Positions 27,423-38,677 of a DNA stretch of 64,000 bases are shown here, piece by piece. The stretch is from the NCBI GenBank assembly GCA_044433165.1, contig JAWXTX010000001.1, positions 8,685-72,684 on the forward strand. Reading direction: 5' to 3'. The stretch's first letter is position 1. Each line of letters opens with the position of its first letter. Position numbers and translations under genes: made by a program. The DNA is from Ferrimonas sp. (lineage in GTDB: Bacteria > Pseudomonadota > Gammaproteobacteria > Enterobacterales > Shewanellaceae). The notes below the pieces were generated by a model. It ran no database searches and was not told where the DNA came from. It worked only from the letters and a program-made list of their open reading frames with translations.

Positions 27423-28382
27423 ATGGATCAACGCCCACCGAAAAAAGCCCCCGCCGGTTCACCGGCGTGGATGGGTACCTTTGCCGACTTGATGTCGTTG
27501 CTGATGTGCTTTTTCGTTTTGCTGTTGAGTTTTTCGGAGATGGATGTCATTCGCTTTAAGCAGGTAGCCGGATCGATGAAGTACGCCTTCGGGATCCAGA
27601 ACCGCATCGAAGCGGCGGACATTCCGAAAGGCACTTCGGTCATTGCGATGGAGTTCCGCCCTGGGCGGCCAGAGCCAACGCCAATTGATGTAATCCAGCA
27701 GCATACGGTTGAGTTCACTAAAGAAAGTTTGCACTACCAAGATGGTGATTCTTCGGAAGTGGGTGGCCAGAAAGAGGGAGCCCAATCGCAGGCTGGTAGC
27801 GCTAATGCGGCCGAAATGCAGCAGCAATCTGCTGAAAGCCAAGCTCAGCAAACGGAAAATAACGCTCAGCAAGATGAAAATCAGGCAGGTAAAAGTTTGT
27901 CGGAGCTGGCCAAACGCATTGAAGAGCACATGCATGAGCAGATTGAAGATGGCGCCATTGAAGTGGAAGCTTTAGGGCAACAATTGATCATTCGTATCAT
28001 GGAGCAAGGGGCATTTCCCGCAGGCTCGGCGTTTTTGCAGCCTAAGTTCCGCCCTGTGATCCGTCAGATTGGTGAGTTGCTCAATGAAGTGCCGGGCATC
28101 GTCACAGTCAGCGGTCACAGCGATACAGGAAAAACCCGTAACGAGCTGTATGGCTCGAATTGGGAGCTTTCTAGCCAGCGGGCGGTGGCGGTAGGTCATC
28201 AACTGATTGAAGTGCCAAATTTCGATGAGAGTCGGATGCGCGTGCAAGGCTTAGCTGAGTATGATCCACTGGATAACAACATGACTTGGGCTGGTCGCAA
28301 GCGTAACCGACGCGTTGAAATTGCCATTGAGCAGGGTAAGGCGTCGATGGCTACGCCGATCTCTGCAGCGGGAATGCCATAA
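27423..28382 (+). CDS. pomB: Flagellar stator protein PomB (MotB family) with OmpA-like peptidoglycan-binding domain
   Basis: WMGTFADLMSLLMCFFVLLLSFSEMD contains the conserved Asp. A Q/E/A-rich linker and a C-terminal OmpA-like domain (..NRRVEI) follow. Confidence 0.9.
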   Translation: MDQRPPKKAPAGSPAWMGTFADLMSLLMCFFVLLLSFSEMDVIRFKQVAGSMKYAFGIQNRIEAADIPKGTSVIAMEFRPGRPEPTPIDVIQQHTVEFTKESLHYQDGDSSEVGGQKEGAQSQAGSANAAEMQQQSAESQAQQTENNAQQDENQAGKSLSELAKRIEEHMHEQIEDGAIEVEALGQQLIIRIMEQGAFPAGSAFLQPKFRPVIRQIGELLNEVPGIVTVSGHSDTGKTRNELYGSNWELSSQRAVAVGHQLIEVPNFDESRMRVQGLAEYDPLDNNMTWAGRKRNRRVEIAIEQGKASMATPISAAGMP

Positions 28383-28404
28383 GTGTGTGGCTCCTTGCTG
28401 TGAT

Positions 28405-28435
28405 AAAAAGGGCTTCTTTAAGAAGCCCTTTTTTT
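28405..28435. terminator. Bidirectional intrinsic terminator between pomB and the convergent GGDEF gene
   Basis: aaaaagggcttctt-taag-aagaagccctttttt forms a hairpin. Confidence 0.75.
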
Positions 28436-28446
28436 AGCCAGTTTAT

Positions 28447-30654
28447 TTATGCTGGGCAGTAACTGGGGGCAATAGCATGTAACTGGTAGCCATTACGGCC
28501 TTTTTCTTTCATCAGGTACAACTGTTGATCCGCAATAGTAAAGGCTTCATTAAACGGTTTATAGCTGTGGCAGTCGACGGCACGAATGCAAGCGCCAATA
28601 GAGAGGGTTAAGCAACCACTTGGATCGGCAGTGGTTGGGTGCGTGAGTGCTTGTCGTGCCATTTCAGCTAACAGCTTTTGTAATTTTAGCTTTAAGGCCG
28701 CTTCGGTTAACCCTAAGCTGATAACGAGCAGTTCATCACCGCCATAGCGAAAACAGTGATCTTGACTGCCGGAAAAAACCTGTTTTATCAGCGCTGCAAC
28801 CACTGTTAGAGCTCGATCGCCCGCGGCATGCCCTAAGCTATCGTTATAGCCTTTATAATCATCAAGATCGATTAATACCACGCTGATGGATGAGGTTTCG
28901 TTCCTGTCTTCGCTGCTGGGTAATTGGCGGAATTGCTGCTCAATCGCGGGCACCAGCACCTTCAAATGTTGGCGGTTATACAGTTGCGTTAAGGCATCGG
29001 TTTTGGCGACGATTTGCAGATGTTGATAGTCGGACTGCAGCGTGGCACGTTGGCTCCAGTTTTTAATGGCAATCGCAATAAATACCGCGAGTTTTTCGAA
29101 CAATTGTCGGTGGTGTTGCTGATAGATGTTCGGCAGATGATGTTGTAAAGAGATGAGCCCTAACGGCTCGTTAGCCAAAAAAATCGGGCAGATCAATACC
29201 GATTGTGTCTCAACCATCTCAATATCATGGGTAAAGCTCTGCTCTTTTGAAATTGATGGGTAATCCGCCAAATTCGTGCAGGTACGGATCGATTCTTCCG
29301 TTACGGTATTCAGATGGACGGTACTGCCCGTGATCACCACATAAGAACCGAAGTTAACCACCTCATGGCAGTCAACTTGGATGGCCGGCAATAGCCCTGA
29401 GTCATCGATAAAATAGTCATAACTGAGTAATTTTTTTTGGGCGTTATAAAGTGCAATACCAAACTCTGTCGCGGGGAAAATGCGCCGGATCTGCTCTAAT
29501 ACTTGCGGCATCAGTGGCGCCAGCTCATCCGCAGTGGCAATGAGCTGGCCAATATCTGTAATGGTTTGCAAATGGGTTTGCATGGTTTGGGTGATGCGAT
29601 ATTGCTGTTGTTGTTCAAGTTGGCGTACTTGGTACATGGCCATTTGCCCTTCACGCATCTGTATGGATTGATTTAACTGGGTTAGAAGATCAATTTGCTG
29701 TTGCTGATTGGCAATGAGCAGGGGCTGCTGCTCTGCCTGCGTAAACTGTTTGGCCGCGAGCGCTAATAATCGTAATTTAAGGTCGCTCAAACCATGTGCC
29801 CAGATCGCCTCTGAAATTGCATCAATAATGGCATTGGCATCCGTTTGACGTGCTTGCTCACTTAAAAATTGGGCATATTTAAGTTGTGTATCAAGGTAAT
29901 TGTAATTGCCTTCGACTTTTTCAATTAACGTCAGTGCTTGGCAATAAGCGTGTTCAATTTGAGATGCGGCTTGCGGCTGATGCTGGTGCAGTAAATTGGC
30001 AAATTGGCAATAGCAGATCCCTAATATATGTGGCTCTTGGTATTGCTGAGCCAAGGTCATCGCGTGCTGACACTGAGTTAAACTCTCTTGGGGTTGATTG
30101 AGTTTGAACAGCGCCTCACTGAGATTTAAGGTGGCCATAATATGAATATTATGGGATTGGCTAACCAAGGCAGCTTGTTGGGCTAAAAGACTATAATGCT
30201 GCGCCTCGTTATAGCAATGCATGCTTAAATTGATGGCGGCAAGATTATTATACAGAACGGTTTTTGTTGCCGGATCGAGTTGATCAACGCTCTTGAGTAC
30301 ATGCATAAAACCTTGTTGCGCTGCAATGTACCCCTCGCGCTCGCCGGCAATGGAGGCCACCATGAGTTGCGCTTGTAAGGCAAGGCGTGACTCTAATTCG
30401 CTGCAAGCCGACATGGATTGTTGATAGGCATGCACCGCTGCGGCCAATTGCCCTTTCCGGTCTAATTCCAATGCTTGAACAAAATGGCTGGCCGCATCAC
30501 TTAGCTGGCATTGGTACTGCTGGCAAACTTGCTGAAGTTGCTCTTTGATGTAGCGCAGACCGGTGAGCGCCGGATGATCCGCCGCGCGGATCAGCACTCC
30601 TATAATGGCATCGCTGCTGGTGGGCGTCAGGTGAATTGCCGGTGCGTTCATCAT
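28447..30654 (-). CDS. Diguanylate cyclase-type protein: TPR-like helical N-terminus, GAF-like domain, C-terminal GGDEF domain (GGDEL variant)
   Basis: 735 aa with DLDDYKGYNDSLGHAAGDRAL...RYGGDELLV. The middle region has a GAF-like pattern, and the N-terminal ~330 aa is helical-repeat-like. Confidence 0.85.
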   Translation of the reverse strand: MMNAPAIHLTPTSSDAIIGVLIRAADHPALTGLRYIKEQLQQVCQQYQCQLSDAASHFVQALELDRKGQLAAAVHAYQQSMSACSELESRLALQAQLMVASIAGEREGYIAAQQGFMHVLKSVDQLDPATKTVLYNNLAAINLSMHCYNEAQHYSLLAQQAALVSQSHNIHIMATLNLSEALFKLNQPQESLTQCQHAMTLAQQYQEPHILGICYCQFANLLHQHQPQAASQIEHAYCQALTLIEKVEGNYNYLDTQLKYAQFLSEQARQTDANAIIDAISEAIWAHGLSDLKLRLLALAAKQFTQAEQQPLLIANQQQQIDLLTQLNQSIQMREGQMAMYQVRQLEQQQQYRITQTMQTHLQTITDIGQLIATADELAPLMPQVLEQIRRIFPATEFGIALYNAQKKLLSYDYFIDDSGLLPAIQVDCHEVVNFGSYVVITGSTVHLNTVTEESIRTCTNLADYPSISKEQSFTHDIEMVETQSVLICPIFLANEPLGLISLQHHLPNIYQQHHRQLFEKLAVFIAIAIKNWSQRATLQSDYQHLQIVAKTDALTQLYNRQHLKVLVPAIEQQFRQLPSSEDRNETSSISVVLIDLDDYKGYNDSLGHAAGDRALTVVAALIKQVFSGSQDHCFRYGGDELLVISLGLTEAALKLKLQKLLAEMARQALTHPTTADPSGCLTLSIGACIRAVDCHSYKPFNEAFTIADQQLYLMKEKGRNGYQLHAIAPSYCPA

Positions 30655-30817
30655 GAAAGCCAGCCTTGTTATGATCAGTTAAGATGGCTTTATTTTACTG
30701 AGAACAGTGCGGTGAACTTGCAAATTAAACGCCGATAAACTGTTCAATATCAATGAATAACCCAGTTTTCATCCCGCGTCTGTTGAGGGCCTGTTAGGGC
30801 GTAACAAAGTCTGTGCC

Positions 30818-31447
30818 TTAAAGGGGATCTTGATGGGTAAATTGGCCATAATGAAGAAAATGATCGCACTGCTTGGCCACAGCGTCAGAAAGCAGCATAC
30901 CAGTATGGCTTACGGGCAAAATAATGTGATCTTGCATACCAATTAACTCTGTTTCCGCTTGAGTTACGGTACCATCGCTGCTGCCTGAGAGCAGCCCCGT
31001 GATCCGCCCTAAGCCAAAATCGCAGTTACCTGCAAGGCTGCCCAAGGCAATATCGCTGTGCCACTGCTCAAAACCGTTTTCGGTTAATCCATATTGACGG
31101 GCATTGCCTAATAGCCCTCCCAGCCCCCATTGTTGCAGCTGTTTGGCGATAACCGAGCTGCGTAAGGGGCTACCAAGCGTGACGAGCCGAGAGTTGGGAT
31201 GAAAAGAGGTTTGGTGAGCGTAATGGCTGAGCATCACGCCACCGAGGCTGTGTCCGATTAAATAACAGGGCTGGTTGGGATCAATCTCGGCGTCGAGTTG
31301 TTGGAATAAAGCAGCGCTATCAATGCGAGTAGAGCTATAGCTTAAACACAAGGGTGCCCAGCCTAGCTGTTCTAATTTATTGGCCAAAGGCCACATCGCC
31401 AGCCGATTCATATATAGGCCATGCAATAAGATGACGCGTGCTGCCAT
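30818..31447 (-). CDS. Alpha/beta-fold hydrolase (esterase/lipase-like)
   Basis: VILLHGLYMN is followed by the nucleophile elbow GHSLGG. The product is about 209 aa from ATG 31447 (alternative start 31459). Confidence 0.75.
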   Translation of the reverse strand: MAARVILLHGLYMNRLAMWPLANKLEQLGWAPLCLSYSSTRIDSAALFQQLDAEIDPNQPCYLIGHSLGGVMLSHYAHQTSFHPNSRLVTLGSPLRSSVIAKQLQQWGLGGLLGNARQYGLTENGFEQWHSDIALGSLAGNCDFGLGRITGLLSGSSDGTVTQAETELIGMQDHIILPVSHTGMLLSDAVAKQCDHFLHYGQFTHQDPL

Positions 31448-31548
31448 AACTGTCCTCATTGCAATGTATGGATGTTTTTATCCGATAGTTCAAGCATATA
31501 CCAGCTCTGGCAGCACCACCATATTTCTGATGTCGTAAACGCAGCATC

Positions 31549-31578
31549 AAAAAAGCCGAGTCGCTAGCGGCTCGGCTT
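31549..31578 (-). terminator. Rho-independent terminator after dacA
   Basis: agccgag-tcgctagcgg-ctcggct has a U6 run on the minus strand. Confidence 0.7.
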
Positions 31579-31620
31579 GTGGCTATTGATCAGCGGCGGC
31601 TCATAATGCGTAGAGGCAAC

Positions 31621-32811
31621 TTAAGCGCTCCACAGTGATTGGAACAACAGCTTGAAATAATCCACTAATTTTGAAAACCAGCTGCCTTCATTGACGGATT
31701 CCATCACCACTAATGGGTAACTGGCCACCTCTTTATCACCTAAGCGGAAGTATAAGGTACCAACTTGTTGGCCTTTTTCCAGTGGTGCTTCGAGGGTTTG
31801 GTCTAATTCAAAAGCCGACTCTAGCGCATTGGCTTGGCCACGATAAATGGTAACGGGGGTATCGATGTTGGTGCCAAGCGCAACTTCAGCTTGGCTACCA
31901 TACCAAATGGGCTGGCGCACAAAGGTGTCACCAGCACGATATGGCGTTACTGTTTCAAAGAAACGAAACCCGTAATTGAGTAGGGTTTTGGTTTCTTGTT
32001 GACGGCGGTTTGAGCCTTCTTGGCTATTACGCCCAGGCACCCCCATAACAACGGCAATCAGACGCATGTCATCCACGGTTGCTGAAGAAACCAAAGAGTA
32101 ACCGGCATTACTGGTGTAACCGGTTTTTACCCCATCTACATTCATGGATTGATCCCACAACAAGCCGTTGCGGTTGGTGGTCGTAATGTTGTTATAGGTA
32201 AACTGCTTTTGTGAATGCAGCTTATAGTAATCCGGTAAATCACGGATGAATGCTTGGGTTAAAAGGGCCATATCATAAGCGGTACTTTGCTGTTGATTGG
32301 CGTCCAAACCGTGGGAATTTTCGAACAAGCTGTTATGCATGCCCAATTCGCCAGCCCAGGTATTCATTAAGTGCGTAAAGCCGCTTTCGCTGCCGGCGAT
32401 GTGCTCGGCAATGGCAATGCAAGCATCGTTACCAGATGCTACCACCATACCTTGATAGAGTTCATCAACAGAGACGCTGGTGCCCTCGCGCAGCCACATT
32501 AAAGAGGAGCCTTTGAGCTTGGGGTTTTGTGCCCATGCATTGGTGGAAACCGTCACTGTATCATCCAGTTTAATGCGGCCGGATTTAAGCTCTTGGCCTA
32601 AAACATAGCTGGACATGATTTTGGTTAAGCTTGCTGGAGCCCGCTGCAAATTGGCGTCTTTTTCCGCCAAAATTTGACCGGTTTGGTAATCCATTAAAAT
32701 ATAGGATTCTGCCGCAATGCTTGGTGGGTTTGGGATCACTACCGGGTTGGCAGACACCGCACTGCTGAGCAATAAGGTGGCACAGCTAAGGGTTGTTTTT
32801 AACAATTTCAT
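31621..32811 (-). CDS. dacA: D-alanyl-D-alanine carboxypeptidase (PBP5/6 class, DacA-like)
   Basis: Start was trimmed to ATG 32811 (MKLLKTTLSCATLLLSSAVSA). SLTK, SGN and KTGYT motifs are present, with a C-terminal amphipathic anchor. Confidence 0.9.
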   Translation of the reverse strand: MKLLKTTLSCATLLLSSAVSANPVVIPNPPSIAAESYILMDYQTGQILAEKDANLQRAPASLTKIMSSYVLGQELKSGRIKLDDTVTVSTNAWAQNPKLKGSSLMWLREGTSVSVDELYQGMVVASGNDACIAIAEHIAGSESGFTHLMNTWAGELGMHNSLFENSHGLDANQQQSTAYDMALLTQAFIRDLPDYYKLHSQKQFTYNNITTTNRNGLLWDQSMNVDGVKTGYTSNAGYSLVSSATVDDMRLIAVVMGVPGRNSQEGSNRRQQETKTLLNYGFRFFETVTPYRAGDTFVRQPIWYGSQAEVALGTNIDTPVTIYRGQANALESAFELDQTLEAPLEKGQQVGTLYFRLGDKEVASYPLVVMESVNEGSWFSKLVDYFKLLFQSLWSA

Positions 32812-32897
32812 GCTCTGAGTTCTGTTGTTGGTTTGGCCGCTCGTGAGTTTGACCGGCACAAACAAAATTAGTTTGCTGTTGATGATGTATTTGAGCG

Positions 32898-33812
32898 TTA
32901 TTCCATTAAAGAAAACGCTTCAGGGTAGCCTTGAGAGCGTAACTGTTGCAGCAAAGAACGCGCCTGCCCCAAACTGGCAATAGGCCCGAGCTGTAATCGA
33001 TACAGGCCACTTTGGTGGGTAACGCGCGATGGTACCGCATACTGCTGGGTCAGTTTATAACCTATATCATGAATATTGTGCTGATTACTGCCTGCAAGCA
33101 ACTGAATGTAATGGCGTATATTAGATGACTCGGCTGGGTCGTAGCCCTCTTCGCCATACATTAAGCGAGGGCCGGGATTGACTCGCGAATGCGGCTCCCC
33201 CGCAATCGCTCCGTAACTATTGGCATCTGGGAACGAGATCGTTTGTACCCGCACTTGCGCGGTCCCCGCTTCTAACATGCCTAAACGGTGTGCCGCAGCA
33301 TAGGAGAGATCTATTTCACGATTGTTGTGAAACGGGCCACGATCGTTGATCCGCACAATGATACTGCGGTTATTTTCCAAGTTGGTGACCTTAGCATATA
33401 CCGGTAACGGCAGCGATTTGTGGGCTGCCGTAAAGGTAAACATGTCGTAGGTTTCACCGTTACTGGTTAAATGGCCATGAAACTTTTGCCCGTACCAAGA
33501 AGCAATCCCAACTTTATCGTACCCTTGAGCGCTAGGTAATACCTGATAAGGTTGGCCAAACACATGATAATGGCGATTACCACCGGCACTGTAAGGCTCA
33601 TAGCGAGGCGTGGGCAAAGGCACTTGTTCGATGTCCGGTGCCCATGCCGGTGCATGGTCTTGGGCAATGCTATAACGGCCTTCGTTGGTGTTGGTTCCAG
33701 TGCTCACCGCAGGATAGTATTGCGGCTCCTGCGTGTACTGCGGTTGTTCTATTGCGCTGCTGCAACCCGCAAGCCAGAGCAGAGCGAGCAAATGAGTAGT
33801 ACGGGCTTTCAT
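32898..33812 (-). CDS. rlpA: Septal ring lytic transglycosylase RlpA (DPBB domain plus C-terminal SPOR domain)
   Basis: Lipobox LLWLAGC|SS is present with GIASWYGQKFHGHLTSNGETYDM and a SPOR-like C-terminus. Synteny is dacA-rlpA-(mltB)-rodA-mrdA. Confidence 0.9.
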   Translation of the reverse strand: MKARTTHLLALLWLAGCSSAIEQPQYTQEPQYYPAVSTGTNTNEGRYSIAQDHAPAWAPDIEQVPLPTPRYEPYSAGGNRHYHVFGQPYQVLPSAQGYDKVGIASWYGQKFHGHLTSNGETYDMFTFTAAHKSLPLPVYAKVTNLENNRSIIVRINDRGPFHNNREIDLSYAAAHRLGMLEAGTAQVRVQTISFPDANSYGAIAGEPHSRVNPGPRLMYGEEGYDPAESSNIRHYIQLLAGSNQHNIHDIGYKLTQQYAVPSRVTHQSGLYRLQLGPIASLGQARSLLQQLRSQGYPEAFSLME

Positions 33813-33832
33813 GGTGCGTTATCGGCCTAATA

Positions 33833-34810
33833 TTATTGTGAATTACGTTGTTTTTTCGCCAATATCTCTTGGCTTAATTGCCAAACGGCCATGGCATAAA
33901 GTGGGCTGCGATTGTAGCGAGTAATGGTGTAAAAGTTAGGGTGAATAACGTAGTACTGCCATTGGTTTTCAGCCACTTCTAATTTCAATAACGACAATTG
34001 AGCACCGTTTTCATTGCTTAGCTGAACGCCAGCTTGGCGTAATTGTGCGGCACTGGTATCGAGTTTTTTGCCCGTCCACAGCAAGGCTTTTACGGCATCA
34101 TCGTTGCTGACATTGACCGCTTGTTCTACCGCCTTACCCGTTTGCCAATGATGCTTGGCAAAATAATTGGCAACTGAACCAATGGCGTCATCAGTATTGC
34201 TAAACAGATCGCGCTTGCCATCGCCGTCAAAGTCAACGGCATAGGCTTGGTAGCTTGATGGAATAAACTGGCCTAAGCCCATAGCACCGGCATATGAGCC
34301 GAGAGGCTGCGTTAATGGCCAACCTTGCTCTTGTGACAATTCAATAAAATGGCCTAACTCTTTTCGGAAAAATGTGGCGCGACGTGGGTAATAAAAGCCC
34401 AGCGTATAAAGCGCATCCAGCACTTTCCAGCTACCCATGTTACGGCCATACGAGGTTTCAACGCCGATAATGGCGGTGATCACTTCCATCGGCACCCCAT
34501 ATTGGGCACTGGCTTTGGCTAACGCGGATTCATTTTTTTCCAAAAAATCAACACCTTGATTGATGCGGGCGTCGGTTAAAAAGAGCTGTCGATATTGATA
34601 CCAAGGCTTGGCTTCCCATGGACGGGTAATGGCCTCGATGATTTTTGGTTGTTTTTTGGCTTGTTCGAGCGCTTGCTGTAAAACCTGCGGATTGACGCCT
34701 TTGACCTGCCATTCCTCGATGAATGCTTGATGTTCACTTGGGCTGGCAGCATAGGTTGCCGCGCTAACGCTGAGTAGGGCAGAGCTGAGTAAAAGTGGTA
34801 AGGATTTCAT
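33833..34810 (-). CDS. mltB: Lytic murein transglycosylase B
   Basis: 325 aa with VIGVETSYG and GAMGLGQFIPSSY motifs. Confidence 0.9.
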   Translation of the reverse strand: MKSLPLLLSSALLSVSAATYAASPSEHQAFIEEWQVKGVNPQVLQQALEQAKKQPKIIEAITRPWEAKPWYQYRQLFLTDARINQGVDFLEKNESALAKASAQYGVPMEVITAIIGVETSYGRNMGSWKVLDALYTLGFYYPRRATFFRKELGHFIELSQEQGWPLTQPLGSYAGAMGLGQFIPSSYQAYAVDFDGDGKRDLFSNTDDAIGSVANYFAKHHWQTGKAVEQAVNVSNDDAVKALLWTGKKLDTSAAQLRQAGVQLSNENGAQLSLLKLEVAENQWQYYVIHPNFYTITRYNRSPLYAMAVWQLSQEILAKKQRNSQ

Positions 34811-34817
34811 AATAACC

Positions 34818-35927
34818 TTAACGAATAATAAAACGTCGATGGGTGTGGATCCCCATTAAAACGCCAAAACCGGCCATCAATGTGAGCATTGATGTTCCGC
34901 CATAAGAAACCAATGGTAGTGGCACACCAACCACAGGCAGTAAGCCTGAGACCATGCCAATATTCACCAGTAAATAAACAAAAAAAGTGAGCGTAATGGA
35001 GCCTGCGAGTAAGCGCCCAAAAGCCGTTTGTGCTTGGCTTGCGATAAGCAAACCACGAGCAATAATAAACAGATACAACAGCAGTAGAAGCACAACGCCA
35101 ATAAAGCCAAATTCCTCGCCAAGTACCGCAAAAATAAAATCGGTATGGCGCTCTGGTAAAAAGTCCAATTGGGATTGGGTACCGCCCAACCAGCCTTTGC
35201 CATCAATTCCGCCTGATCCTATCGCAATTTTAGACTGAATGATGTGATAGCCAGAGCCCAGAGGATCTTTTTCAGGATCTAATAATGTCATCACTCGAGT
35301 GCGTTGATAATCCTTCATTAGGTAAAACCACATTACCGGAATGAACGCCAGCACCGCCATCAGGCACAGGCCAATAAGGGTCCAACTCATGCCAGATAAA
35401 AACAGCACGAAGATCCCCGAAGCGGCCACTAAAATGGAGGTGCCAAGATCCGGCTGTGAGGCAATTAATAATGTCGGGATCAACAAAATGGTTGCCCCAC
35501 CTAACAGATGGCGTTTTTTGGGTGGTAGCGGAAATTGGCTGATGTACCAAGCCATCATAATCGGGAACGCCAACTTCATGATTTCGGATGGCTGAAACTC
35601 CATAATGCCAAGGTTCAACCAACGTTGAGCGCCTTTATTCGTTACGCCCACAAACTTAACGGCAATCAGTAAGGCGACCCCGACAAAAAAGATGGGCAGC
35701 GCCCAACGCTGAAGGAGATCGGGATTGATTTGAGCGACCAGCACCATGACGCCGACACCTAGGGCAATACGAATAACCTGTCGTTCCAGCATGGCCATGC
35801 TTTCTCCACTGGCGCTGTAAAGCACCAGCAGGCCATACGCCATCAGCAGAAGGATCCCAGCCAGTAACGGCATATCAATATGCAGTTTGTGGCTAAGCGA
35901 TTTGGTTTGTGCGCCAGCCACGTTCAT
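34818..35927 (-). CDS. rodA: Peptidoglycan glycosyltransferase RodA (SEDS family)
   Basis: 369 aa with 10 TMS and the PERHTDFIF motif. Its start overlaps the mrdA stop (ATGA). Confidence 0.95.
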   Translation of the reverse strand: MNVAGAQTKSLSHKLHIDMPLLAGILLLMAYGLLVLYSASGESMAMLERQVIRIALGVGVMVLVAQINPDLLQRWALPIFFVGVALLIAVKFVGVTNKGAQRWLNLGIMEFQPSEIMKLAFPIMMAWYISQFPLPPKKRHLLGGATILLIPTLLIASQPDLGTSILVAASGIFVLFLSGMSWTLIGLCLMAVLAFIPVMWFYLMKDYQRTRVMTLLDPEKDPLGSGYHIIQSKIAIGSGGIDGKGWLGGTQSQLDFLPERHTDFIFAVLGEEFGFIGVVLLLLLYLFIIARGLLIASQAQTAFGRLLAGSITLTFFVYLLVNIGMVSGLLPVVGVPLPLVSYGGTSMLTLMAGFGVLMGIHTHRRFIIR

Positions 35928-37795
35928 GCTTCTGGTTCCTTGGGTAATAAATAGTGATCAAAAAGCGCGCGGGCAACGGGGCCGGCATTCGCACCACCCC
36001 AACCGGCATTTTCTAGCACAATGGCGATTACAATCTGTGGGTTTTCATAAGGGGCATAACCCACAAACAGAGCGTTATCACGCAGGTGCTCGGCGACGTT
36101 CTCTTCATCGTATTCTTCATCTTGCGCTACACCGGCTACTTGCCCCGTACCGGTTTTGATGGCGGATTTATATGGCGCACTATTAAACAAACGATAGCCG
36201 CTGCCATCTAAGGTGTGGGCGGTTTTATACATCGCTTTGTGGATCACCGGCCAATGATCTGGCTGTTGTAATTGCACCGGCTCTAACATGGGCCAACTGA
36301 CGGCTTCTTGCTGGCCATCTTGGCCCACGGCTTTGAGCAAATGGGGGGTATAGCGGCGGCCATTATTGGCCAAAATGGCGGTGGAGTTCGCCAACTGTAA
36401 TGGGGTAGCAGTCCAATAGCCTTGGCCAATACCGACCGAAATGGTATCGCCAATGTACCACGGCTCTTTATAGCGATTTTGCTTCCAGTCGCGGGTTGGC
36501 ATATTGCCAGCCGCCTCTTCATGCAGATCGATGCCGGAGCGCTGGCCAAAACCAAATTGGCTCATAAATTCACTGATATTATTAATGCCAGTGTTATAGG
36601 CCAATTCATAAAAATAGATGTCGCAGGAGGAGGCAATAGCCAGATCCAAATCAACCCAACCGTGACCCCAGCGTTTCCAATCTCGGAAGCGGCGAGGCAC
36701 CCCAGGAATTTGCCACCAGCCGGGATCCCAGACTTTGGTTTGCTCCGTCACAATCTCTTTTTCTAAACCCAGCAGCGCCAACAGCGGCTTAATGGTGGAA
36801 GCCGGCGCGTATTGGCCTTGGGTTGCACGGTTAATTAAAGGGCGGTTGCGATCGTTTAATAAAGCGCTGTATTGGGCTTGAGATATGCCACTGACAAACT
36901 GGTTAGGATCGTAACTTGGGCTTGAAACCATGGCTAAAATGCCACCGTCATTGGGATCAATGGCGACCACCGCGCCTCGGCGTCCAGCCAATAACTCTTC
37001 CGCTTTGAGCTGCAGCGGTAAGTCCAGTGACAAATATAAGTCTTGGCCGCTAACGGGGGTTTTGCCATTAATGGTACGTACAATGCGGCCTTGATTGTTT
37101 ACCTCCACCTCTTGCATACCGGGTTCACCGTGTAAGAGGCTTTCGTAATAACGTTCAATGCCTTGCTTACCAATAGTACGGCTGGCTGCGTAACGCGAGC
37201 TTTGCTCTTGGGCTTCTAAGCGTTCTAAGTCGCTGCTGTTGATGCGTGCAACATAGCCCAATAAATGGGTTAAGGTCGTGCTTTGTGGATAACTGCGTTT
37301 TAATCCTGCTTGCACACTAAAACCTGGGAAACGGTGGCTATTAACAGAAAATTCCGCCACTTCGTGTTCGCTGAGTTGATCCATTAAGCTGATGGGTTTA
37401 AAGCGCCGCTGGCCACGCAAACGTTGGCGAAAATCGGCAATCTCTTCATCGCTGAGGGGCAAAACGGTCTGGATTGCTTGTAATTGCAGATCCATGTTGT
37501 GCACTTGCTCTGGGATCACTTCGAGCGAGAACACCGGTTGATTATCGGCCAACAAGGTGCCATTACGGTCATAGATTAAGCCCCGATTTGGGGCAATAGG
37601 AATGAGCCGAATTCGATTATCGTTAGAACGGGTTTGGTAGGCGTGGTGCTTGGAAACCTGCAGATGATACATGTTCACCAGCAACCCGCAGATGCACAAC
37701 ACTACGATAACAAAGGCGATACTGGCGCGGCGATAAAACAATGCCGTTTCAGCGGCATGGTCTCGGATGGCTGCGGGTTGCTTATGACGTCTCAT
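35924..37795 (-). CDS. mrdA: Penicillin-binding protein 2 (elongasome transpeptidase)
   Basis: 623 aa with STIKP, SSCD (SxD/N) and KTGT motifs. It overlaps rlmH by 4 nt. Confidence 0.95.
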   Translation of the reverse strand: MRRHKQPAAIRDHAAETALFYRRASIAFVIVVLCICGLLVNMYHLQVSKHHAYQTRSNDNRIRLIPIAPNRGLIYDRNGTLLADNQPVFSLEVIPEQVHNMDLQLQAIQTVLPLSDEEIADFRQRLRGQRRFKPISLMDQLSEHEVAEFSVNSHRFPGFSVQAGLKRSYPQSTTLTHLLGYVARINSSDLERLEAQEQSSRYAASRTIGKQGIERYYESLLHGEPGMQEVEVNNQGRIVRTINGKTPVSGQDLYLSLDLPLQLKAEELLAGRRGAVVAIDPNDGGILAMVSSPSYDPNQFVSGISQAQYSALLNDRNRPLINRATQGQYAPASTIKPLLALLGLEKEIVTEQTKVWDPGWWQIPGVPRRFRDWKRWGHGWVDLDLAIASSCDIYFYELAYNTGINNISEFMSQFGFGQRSGIDLHEEAAGNMPTRDWKQNRYKEPWYIGDTISVGIGQGYWTATPLQLANSTAILANNGRRYTPHLLKAVGQDGQQEAVSWPMLEPVQLQQPDHWPVIHKAMYKTAHTLDGSGYRLFNSAPYKSAIKTGTGQVAGVAQDEEYDEENVAEHLRDNALFVGYAPYENPQIVIAIVLENAGWGGANAGPVARALFDHYLLPKEPEA

Positions 37796-38259
37796 TCGCG
37801 ATGATAAGGGTGATTATTGTTGACGCTCCAAGCCCGATATAGGCTTTCGGCCATAATGATCCGGACCATCGGATGGGGCAGGGTCAGATTCGATAACGAC
37901 CAGCTTTGATCTGCCGCTTGTTTGGCTGCCGGTGACAACCCTTCAGGGCCGCCAATGAGGATCGCTACGTCACGACCATCTAATTGCCAGCGCGTTAATT
38001 GTTGCGCCAATTGTGGGGTATCCCAAGGCTTCCCCGGAATATCGAGCGTAACAATATGGCAGCCTTGAGCAGCCGCTAACATGGCATCGCCTTCTTTATC
38101 TAGAATGCGTGCAATATCGGCATTTTTGCCACGTTTGCCAGCAGGGATCTCAATCAGTTCTAGACTCAGATCCCGCGGAAAGCGGCGTTGATACTCAGTA
38201 AAACCCTCAGTAACCCATTTGGGCATTTTGGTACCGACGGCAATAAGTTTCAGCTTCAT
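37792..38259 (-). CDS. rlmH: 23S rRNA (pseudouridine1915-N3)-methyltransferase RlmH
   Basis: 155 aa beginning [15 protein letters not shown] and ending ...HPYHRE, a SPOUT fold. Confidence 0.95.
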   Translation of the reverse strand: MKLKLIAVGTKMPKWVTEGFTEYQRRFPRDLSLELIEIPAGKRGKNADIARILDKEGDAMLAAAQGCHIVTLDIPGKPWDTPQLAQQLTRWQLDGRDVAILIGGPEGLSPAAKQAADQSWSLSNLTLPHPMVRIIMAESLYRAWSVNNNHPYHRE

Positions 38260-38268
38260 GGCTTAGGA

Positions 38269-38601
38269 TCAGTTCCCAGGCTTGGCGCCCCAGAGTTTTT
38301 CTAATTGGTACAGATCACGCGTTTGCTGCTGCATAACGTGTACCACGACGGAGGACAGATCCACTAAGGCCCATTCCCCTTCATCAGTACCTTCAAGGCC
38401 TAATGGGGCCCAATCGGCGCGTTTGGCTTCGACTCCGATGTGCTCTGCAATGGCACGAACGTGTGTTTTCGATGTGCCGGTACAGACGATCATAAAATCG
38501 GTGATGTCGGAGCGATCGCTCACGTCGATAATGACGATGTCACGCCCTTTCAGATCTTCAATTTTATCAACAACAAAATCTTTTAATTCGGTAGGTTGCA
38601 C
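38269..38601 (-). CDS. rsfS: Ribosome silencing factor RsfS
   Basis: 110 aa with DKIEDLKGRDIVIIDV..DFMIVCTGTSKTHVRAIA. Confidence 0.9.
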   Translation of the reverse strand: MQPTELKDFVVDKIEDLKGRDIVIIDVSDRSDITDFMIVCTGTSKTHVRAIAEHIGVEAKRADWAPLGLEGTDEGEWALVDLSSVVVHVMQQQTRDLYQLEKLWGAKPGN

Positions 38602-38677
38602 CGGATAAACCTCAATAAATAAAAAACAAGCGGCGAATTATAGCGTTTTCAACGGTCGGCTACCATGCCGCCGACCG

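Noticed and set aside
27700-27900. The Q/E/A-rich low-complexity stretch in PomB, considered as a possible insertion or repeat expansion.
   Set aside because: MotB/PomB periplasmic linkers are naturally variable and low-complexity. No nucleotide-level tandem repeat is visible.
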